Shown: positions 58,347 to 64,000 of the stretch, in pieces | Layout of the letters: each line of letters begins with the position of its first letter | How positions within the stretch are numbered: position 1 is the first letter of the stretch | From: an uncultured Dehalococcoidales bacterium | Lineage (GTDB): Bacteria; Chloroflexota; Dehalococcoidia; Lucifugimonadales; Lucifugimonadaceae | Direction of reading: 5' to 3' | DNA: 64,000 nt | Assembly: GCA_964491775.1 (NCBI GenBank) | Contig: CAZBHC010000011.1 | Location: forward strand, 5,056 to 69,055 | The notes under the pieces: model-generated | What the model was told of the DNA's origin: nothing | The model's database searches: none | What the model saw: the letters and a program-made list of their open reading frames with translations, nothing else | Program-made: the position numbers and the translations under genes

Positions 58347-59300
58347 TTAGTATTGATTTTTTGGATTGAAAATTTCATTAAGTGCATCACCAATAATATT
58401 CCAACAAAATATCATTAACCATACTACAATAATAGGTGCTAGAAGTTGTTCAGGATGATTTCTTAATACGGAAATGCTGGCACCACCTCTTGCTGTAACA
58501 TCTCCTATCATTACACCTAAACTTGGTCTTGGAGGTTGAACCCCAAGACCAAAAAAACTTAACATTACTTCAGATAATGCTATAGCTCCAATGCTGAAAG
58601 ATATACTTACAATTATAGGACTTAAAATATTTGGGAAAATATGCCTAAACAGTATTACAAAATTAGAAGTTCCCATAGCTTTAGCCGCTTGTACATATTC
58701 TGCATTTCTAATGGATAATACCTGACCACGTACCAATCTCATAAGACCAAACCAACTAAGAGGTAGTAAAGCAATACCTATTACCAAATAATCAACAATA
58801 CCGGAAGATAATATTCCTCTAAATCCAAAAGTATCTTCAATATAATGCCCTAAAGAAATAATACTGGGTCTTAATGTTGCAGCAAGTAAGATTATTAATA
58901 ATATATCTGGAAATGCTGAAATTACTTCTCCTAATCTCATAATAAAAAAATCTATTATTCCTCTGAAATATCCTGCAGCTAATCCTAATGAAATACCTAA
59001 AATAAAACTTCCCGTCACTATTGTAATTAGAGTGATTATTATAGTATTTTGTATACCCCAAATTACTCTTGTATAAATATCTCTACCCAATCTATCAGTA
59101 CCAAACCAATTTTCTAAATTTGGGCCATTTTGTGTTTTGGCTAAATTTGTTTCAGCATAATCATGTGTTGATAAAATTGGAGCAAATATTCCAATAAAAT
59201 AAATTATAAATAATATAGATAGGCAAATTAGAGCGAGTTTTCTTTTTAGTAATTGATTTAAAAAAATTGTGAAAAGAGTTTTTTGATTAAAGGTATTCAT
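58347..59300 (-). CDS. ABC transporter permease, OppC/DppC type
   Basis: 6 TM. N-terminal OppC_N-like region, and the EAA-type loop YVQAAKAMGTSNFVILFRHIFPN. Confidence 0.88.
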   Translation of the reverse strand: MNTFNQKTLFTIFLNQLLKRKLALICLSILFIIYFIGIFAPILSTHDYAETNLAKTQNGPNLENWFGTDRLGRDIYTRVIWGIQNTIIITLITIVTGSFILGISLGLAAGYFRGIIDFFIMRLGEVISAFPDILLIILLAATLRPSIISLGHYIEDTFGFRGILSSGIVDYLVIGIALLPLSWFGLMRLVRGQVLSIRNAEYVQAAKAMGTSNFVILFRHIFPNILSPIIVSISFSIGAIALSEVMLSFFGLGVQPPRPSLGVMIGDVTARGGASISVLRNHPEQLLAPIIVVWLMIFCWNIIGDALNEIFNPKNQY

Positions 59301-59302
59301 TA

Positions 59303-60226
59303 TTAATCAATCCTTGGATCAACTATTGTGTATGCAATATCAATTATTAGATTTGCTAAAACTAACATTGTAGATCCTATTAAAACTAAAGCTGTTAATA
59401 CTGGAAAATCTCTCTGATAAATCGCATCAAGAGCTAATCTAGATACACCAGGAATACCATATATTATTTCAACGATTAAGGATCCTCCAAATATTCCAGC
59501 TATCGTAAAACCCAAAAGTGTTAAGATAGGAAGAATTGAATTCCTTATTATATGTTTATAGTTAATAGTGTTATTATTTAATCCTTTTGAAAAAGCGGTT
59601 CTAATATAATCTTGATCAATTACATCCAGTGTAGATGCTCTCATGTATCTTACGTAAATAGCGGCACCAGGGATACCTATAGTTAATGCAGGAAGAATAA
59701 TTTGCTTGTCGAAAAAACCATTCCATCCAGAAGCTTGAATCCAACCTAATTTAACTGCAAATATGGTGATTAAAAGAGGGGCTGTAAAAAAAACAGGCAT
59801 GGCAAATAAAAAAAGCATAGATAATACTATTGTTGGATCCACCCATGAACCTCTTCTTTTTGCTGCATAGAAACCTAAAGGTATACCTACAAAAACAGAT
59901 ATGATAGTAACAGCAATATTTAATTTTATTGATACTAAAAGTTTAGGTATAAGTAACTCAGTCACCTTTTTACCTTGAAAAATATAACTATCTCCTAAGT
60001 CACCTTTAATAGCTTTTTTAATATATGAAAAATATCTAATTACTAAAGGTTTATTGAGTCCCATTTCTTCTCTAAGAGCATTTATCTTTTCTGGAGTAGC
60101 TCTATTTTTTAGTATTAATTCAGCGGGATCTCCTGGAGCAATATTCCCCATAAAAAATACAAAAAAGGAGGCTATCAAAAGAAGAATAGGAGTCCAAATT
60201 AATCTCTTTGCAATATACTCGATCAT
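59303..60226 (-). CDS. ABC transporter permease, OppB/DppB type
   Basis: MIEYIAKRLIWTPILLL...GDPAE, and the EAA loop YIRTAFSKGLNNNTINYKHIIRNS. Confidence 0.88.
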   Translation of the reverse strand: MIEYIAKRLIWTPILLLIASFFVFFMGNIAPGDPAELILKNRATPEKINALREEMGLNKPLVIRYFSYIKKAIKGDLGDSYIFQGKKVTELLIPKLLVSIKLNIAVTIISVFVGIPLGFYAAKRRGSWVDPTIVLSMLFLFAMPVFFTAPLLITIFAVKLGWIQASGWNGFFDKQIILPALTIGIPGAAIYVRYMRASTLDVIDQDYIRTAFSKGLNNNTINYKHIIRNSILPILTLLGFTIAGIFGGSLIVEIIYGIPGVSRLALDAIYQRDFPVLTALVLIGSTMLVLANLIIDIAYTIVDPRID

Positions 60227-60250
60227 AACATTTTGAGTATATATTAATTA

Positions 60251-61957
60251 TTAGTAAATGTCTTTATCTATCCAAACATATTGATATGTGGGTATAGTCA
60301 TAGAGTAAAATTTATAATCTTTGATCCAAGGTTTTACAAGTGCCTTCGCTTCTACACCCCACCATAATGGCAACCAAGCTGCATCATTTACAATAATTTT
60401 TTCTGCATCATTATAAAGATTGACCCTTTTAGTTATATCTTGTTCTGTTTGTGCTTTGTTGATTAAGGAATCAACTTCTTTATTGGAATAATTACCATTA
60501 TTAAGTGCACTGTCTGAACGAAATAAAACATCAATAAAAGTAGATGGATCTGGATAGTCTGCTTGCCAAGAAAGACCACTGAAAGATTGTAATCTTCCTC
60601 TGTGTAAATCTTGTATGTAAGTAGCCCATTCTACTTGTTGAATTTCTACTTCTATTCCAAGATTTTGTCGCCACATATCTGCAATAACTTCAGTAGTAAG
60701 ACCTGGAGATCCACCAGTACCTGGTACTGTGACAGTAATTCTTGGGCGGGTACTTGGGTCAGAATACCTAGATTCATTCAAAAGATTTTGAGCTTTTTCT
60801 TTGTTAAATTTTAGTCCTTCTATATCTTGTGAGAATCCTGGAAAGTTTGGGGGGATTATTCCATATGCTGGTCTTACTAAATTTGAAAAAACTTGATCAG
60901 CAATCAATTGTTTATCTACTGCGTAGTTCAATGCTTGTCTAAATTTAACATCATCAAATGGTGGTTCATTAACATTAAAACCGATATAAGATACAGAAAA
61001 TGAGGGTGGAACAACTATTAGGTCTTTATTTAGAGGTTCAGTAGGATCCTCTACTCTTTCTAGATCTGCAAGTCCTACACCTGTTATGTCGATCTCATCA
61101 TTTTCATACATTGCCATAGAAACACCTCCCGCTAAATTGAATACTACTTCATCCAAGTAAGCTGGAGTCCCCCAGTAACTATCATTTCTTGCAATTCTAA
61201 TTCTTTGTCCTATCTTGTATTCTTTAAGCGTAAAGGGACCTGTACTAATTGGGTTATCAGTCCAATTCCTGCCACCTTCATTAATATTTTGCTTATTGAC
61301 TATGAAAGCTGTAGGATAGGTAAGCTTTGCTAAAAAGTATGCTTTAGGTGCATCTATTTTAATTTGTATAATTTCATCATCAATTATTGTGATACCTTCG
61401 GCATTGTTTGAATTACCATCAATAATATCTTGAACACCGATTATGTCACCTAAAAATTCTTCAGCAACGGTTGAGCCTGTATCCGGGTGAGCAGCTCTTT
61501 CAAGTGACCATTTTATATCTTCGGTTGTAACATTTTCCCCATTAGAAAATTTTAAGTTTTCACGAAGTTTAAATTCATATGTCTTCCCGCCATCAAGGAT
61601 TTTCCAACTTTCTGCTAAATCTGGTTCTATTGGTTCATTCGGATTACTTCCTAGTTTTACTAAACCAGAAAAAACCTCAATAACTATTCCATATGAAGTT
61701 CCATCAGTTACTAAATGAGGATCTAAAGTTGGAGGATCTGACCAAACACGTTTTAGTATTCCTCCTGATTTCTTTTCACCTTGTTGATTTGTTGACGGTT
61801 GAGATTTTTCATTTAAGTTAGGTGATAAAGAGGGTTTAGATTGATTTTCTGAAGATGTGTTTGTATTTGAAGATGAATCCTCAGTTGCACATCCTGTAGA
61901 AATAATAAATATAAGAGATAGTGCCAAAACAATTATTTTATTCATTTTTATTCTCAT
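60251..61957 (-). CDS. ABC transporter substrate-binding lipoprotein, family 5 (peptide/nickel/opine type)
   Basis: Lipobox STGC followed by a Ser/Asn/Thr-rich linker. SBP_bac_5-like body (WSDPPTLDPH...; LAESW...DGKTYEFKLR). The true start may be the internal MNKIIV. Confidence 0.88.
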   Translation of the reverse strand: MRIKMNKIIVLALSLIFIISTGCATEDSSSNTNTSSENQSKPSLSPNLNEKSQPSTNQQGEKKSGGILKRVWSDPPTLDPHLVTDGTSYGIVIEVFSGLVKLGSNPNEPIEPDLAESWKILDGGKTYEFKLRENLKFSNGENVTTEDIKWSLERAAHPDTGSTVAEEFLGDIIGVQDIIDGNSNNAEGITIIDDEIIQIKIDAPKAYFLAKLTYPTAFIVNKQNINEGGRNWTDNPISTGPFTLKEYKIGQRIRIARNDSYWGTPAYLDEVVFNLAGGVSMAMYENDEIDITGVGLADLERVEDPTEPLNKDLIVVPPSFSVSYIGFNVNEPPFDDVKFRQALNYAVDKQLIADQVFSNLVRPAYGIIPPNFPGFSQDIEGLKFNKEKAQNLLNESRYSDPSTRPRITVTVPGTGGSPGLTTEVIADMWRQNLGIEVEIQQVEWATYIQDLHRGRLQSFSGLSWQADYPDPSTFIDVLFRSDSALNNGNYSNKEVDSLINKAQTEQDITKRVNLYNDAEKIIVNDAAWLPLWWGVEAKALVKPWIKDYKFYSMTIPTYQYVWIDKDIY

Positions 61958-62026
61958 GATAAGTTTATTAAGTGTAATTATTACATTTAAATATTAAGAT
62001 ATTTTATAATTCAGAATTAATCTCAT

Positions 62027-63173
62027 CTAGTCTAATTTACTACTAGAATGGTTTTCTATTTGATTTGTTAAGTATGATTTAAGTAATGAATCTATTTCTC
62101 CATCGAGAATTTCGCTTGTTTTATTTGATTGATAATTAGTTCTGTGATCTTTTACCATTTGGTAGGGATGCTGTACATAACTTCTAACTTGCCTTCCGAA
62201 TTCTGCAGATACATATTCTCCTTTTAAGCTAGCTTGTTTATCAGATATTTTTTTTAGTTCTAAATCTGTTAATTTTGCAGTAAGAATTTTCATAGCAATC
62301 TCTTTATTTTGGGCTTGAGATCTTTCATTTTGAACAGAAACTACTATTCCAGTGGGGATGTGGGTAATTCGTACGGCTGTCGAATTTTTTTGTACACTTT
62401 GACCTCCATTTCCACTTGCTCTAAAAACATCTATTTTGATTTCATCTGTATTTACTTTTATTTCTTCTGCTTCATCTGGTTCAGGTAAAATTTCAACCAA
62501 TGCGAAGCTTGTATGTCGTTTGTGATCAGTATCATAAGGCGATAATCTAACAAGTCTATGCACACCTTTTTCTGATCTTAAGTATCCATACGTATATCTT
62601 CCATTAATTTTTATAACTGCACTTTTGATACCTGCTTCATCCCCAGGAGAAAAATCTAAAGTTTCAACAATTAAATTTTTCTTTTCAGCCCATCTAATAT
62701 ACATTCTCAACAACATTTCAGCCCAATCTTGGGCATCGACTCCCCCCGCACCTTGAGTAATTGATAAAATAGCTGATCTCTCATCAAACTCACCATTTAA
62801 TTGCAATTCAAATTCTAAATTTTTTACATCTGCTAACAATTCATTATATTCTTCGAAGGCGGTATTGTTTAGTGAAGAATCATTTTCGGATTTAATTAAT
62901 TTCGAAAATTCTATTAAATTATCCGATTTTGATACTATTTCTTTCCATTTATTGTATTCATCCTTTTTGGATGAAAGAGTTTGCATAAATAATTGTGCTT
63001 TGTTTCGGTCATTCCAAAAATTTTCAGTTAATGTTTTTTTCTCTAAAATATTTATTTCTGAATAGATTTTATCTAAGTCAAAGTCTCCTCACTATCTCAG
63101 AAATATTTTGATTTAATTCTGATATAAGAGTATCTAATTCTTTAATATTTGGAGATTTTATATTTTTTTGCAT
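62027..63173 (-). CDS. prfB: peptide chain release factor 2, requires programmed +1 ribosomal frameshift (exon 1 63173..63081, exon 2 63079..62027)
   Basis: Frame 0 reads MQKNIKSPNIKELDTLISELNQNISEIVRRL then TGA. A +1 shift at CTT-TGA-C continues DLDKIYSEINILEKKTLTENFWNDRNKAQLFMQTLSS... into the 319-aa ORF of the track. GGQ (SGNGGQSVQK) is present. Confidence 0.93.
63077..63092 (-). promoter_or_regulatory. prfB +1 frameshift site: internal Shine-Dalgarno-like GAGGAG plus slippery CTT TGA C
   Basis: The minus strand reads GTG AGG AGA CTT TGA C, with CTT at 63083-63081 and TGA at 63080-63078. It matches the classic autoregulatory RF2 recoding signal. Confidence 0.9.
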
Positions 63174-63237
63174 ATGTAATAAATGTTATTGAATCAACCC
63201 CATCATTTTAATTGTACAATAATATTTTCTTAATTTT

Positions 63238-63314
63238 CGGGGTGTAGCGCAGTCCGGTAGCGCATTGCACTGGGGGTGCAAAGGTCATAGGTTCAAATCC
63301 TGTCACCCCGACCA
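63238..63314 (+). tRNA. tRNA-Pro (anticodon GGG), CCA encoded
   Basis: Manual fold. Acceptor CGGGGTG/CACCCCG. D-arm GCGC-AGTCCGGTA-GCGC. Anticodon stem TTGCA/TGCAA with loop CTGGGGG (GGG at 34-36, G37). Variable loop AGGTC. T-arm ATAGG-TTCAAAT-CCTGT. Discriminator A plus CCA. Total 77 nt. Confidence 0.9.
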
Positions 63315-64000
63315 TTCCTTATTCTAGGCTTTTTCAATAACATAAAAGTGATAGCAGCCATTAACATAAAAAGACTTCCTGTTAGTAATACATATTCGTA
63401 AGAACCAGTTTTATCTTTAGAATATCCAGCTAATAATGGCCCAATAATTAATGAAATATTATACATAGGGGAAATCCATCCTCTAATTGTTGCAAAATTT
63501 TTTCTTCCGAACATATCTCCTACTAAAGCCCAGTTAAATCCTGACGCTATTTCTGTCCCTATAAATAAAATCATCGAGAAGAATATAGGCCAAGTTCCTT
63601 CAACAAAATACATTAGTAGTAAAGAAATTGATGCGGATGTATATAGTACTGATAGAAGTTTTTGTCTTGGAATTTTATCACTGACATATCCAACTATAAT
63701 TATAAGAGGGACCGCTATTAGAGATATAGCACCTATTAAATTTGCTGCTGTTTGTTGAGTTTCCCCTTTCCAAACTAATATAGGTATAAAATGTACATAA
63801 ATTGTTCCATGCACTGCCATACGTAAGATAGTACCAAGAGATAAAATCCAAAAAGATCTAGTTCTTAATGCTTCTTTAGTATCCCAATCAGAATTTGTAA
63901 TTTCATTATTATCAGTAATTTTTATTCCATCAGGATTTTCTCCAATAGATTCTGGGGATTTTTTATAAACTAATGAAAATGGAACTATTAAAATTAACAT
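63293..64000 (-). CDS. MFS transporter, C-terminal half (N-terminus beyond the right window edge)
   Basis: Six hydrophobic helices after a central loop (...ALRTRSFWILSLGTIL...), with the general MFS_1 pattern. The ORF is open to the window edge, and its stop lies inside the tRNA-Pro T-loop on the opposite strand. Confidence 0.7.
   Translation of the reverse strand: MLILIVPFSLVYKKSPESIGENPDGIKITDNNEITNSDWDTKEALRTRSFWILSLGTILRMAVHGTIYVHFIPILVWKGETQQTAANLIGAISLIAVPLIIIVGYVSDKIPRQKLLSVLYTSASISLLLMYFVEGTWPIFFSMILFIGTEIASGFNWALVGDMFGRKNFATIRGWISPMYNISLIIGPLLAGYSKDKTGSYEYVLLTGSLFMLMAAITFMLLKKPRIRNGRGDRI

Noticed and set aside
61973-61985. Perfect 13-nt palindrome TGTAATTATTACA 16 nt upstream of the ABC binding-protein start; a possible operator or the prfB terminator.
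   Set aside because: Six-bp A/T-rich palindromes are expected by chance at this base composition. The stem is too short and weak for an intrinsic terminator, and no second copy was seen in the window.
1-64000. Scan for CRISPR arrays, IS elements or transposases, integrases, prophage genes, toxin-antitoxin pairs, restriction-modification or other defence systems, rRNA genes, and stop-codon reassignment.
   Set aside because: None was found. All ORFs of 60 aa or more that are not shadow ORFs have housekeeping assignments. The only repeats are short in-frame tandem repeats. tRNA-Pro has no adjacent integrase. RF1 and RF2 are both present, and TGA, TAA and TAG all terminate conserved genes, so the standard bacterial code applies.

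Overview
AT-rich (about 30% G+C by eye), very gene-dense stretch of a streamlined bacterial chromosome. Nearly all of it is coding, with many 1-8 nt start/stop overlaps and frequent TTG/GTG starts. The content is core housekeeping. Left to right: a truncated FAD/Fe-S oxidoreductase, TerC and GreA; rpmH-rnpA-yidD-(PQQ-propeller lipoprotein)-yidC-jag; a PfkB kinase; a UbiA prenyltransferase coupled to a membrane HdrD-like Fe-S protein; tlyA; purF-purM-purH; a GT2 and an NAPRTase-family gene; tilS, a CNNM/CorC transporter, recA and htrA. Next is a 10-kb minus-strand nitrogen-assimilation array: an atypical OmpR-type regulator, glnA, gltB, gltD and nadE. Then a 20-kb uninterrupted str/S10/spc/alpha ribosomal cluster runs rpsL to rpsI. 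It lacks tuf and includes secY, adk, map, infA, rpoA and truA. The window ends with prmC-prfA-hisS-guaB3-like, an Opp/Dpp-type ABC importer without ATPases, prfB with its +1 frameshift, tRNA-Pro(GGG) and a truncated MFS transporter. I added four genes missing from the ORF track by manual translation: the edge-truncated FAD/Fe-S gene, rpmH, rpmD and rpmJ, plus the prfB N-terminal exon. The short 320-aa YidC, lipoproteins with long low-complexity linkers, the DPPR-synthase-like UbiA, the GuaB3-like protein and the GlnR-like regulator suggest a monoderm lineage (Actinomycetota- or Chloroflexota-like marine oligotroph). This is a low-confidence inference. I found no CRISPR array, transposase, integrase, prophage, toxin-antitoxin or recognisable defence genes, and no unexplained non-coding block larger than about 220 nt. 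I therefore cannot honestly point to a clear novel system. The most unusual items are the UbiA/HdrD-like coupled pair, the pseudo-receiver regulator heading the nitrogen operon, the recently expanded 48-bp tandem repeats that build long Lys/Ser-rich tails on ribosomal proteins S5 and L13, the roughly 90-nt dual-coding yidC/jag overlap, the Cys-less L36 in the main operon, and the N-terminally extended GreA.
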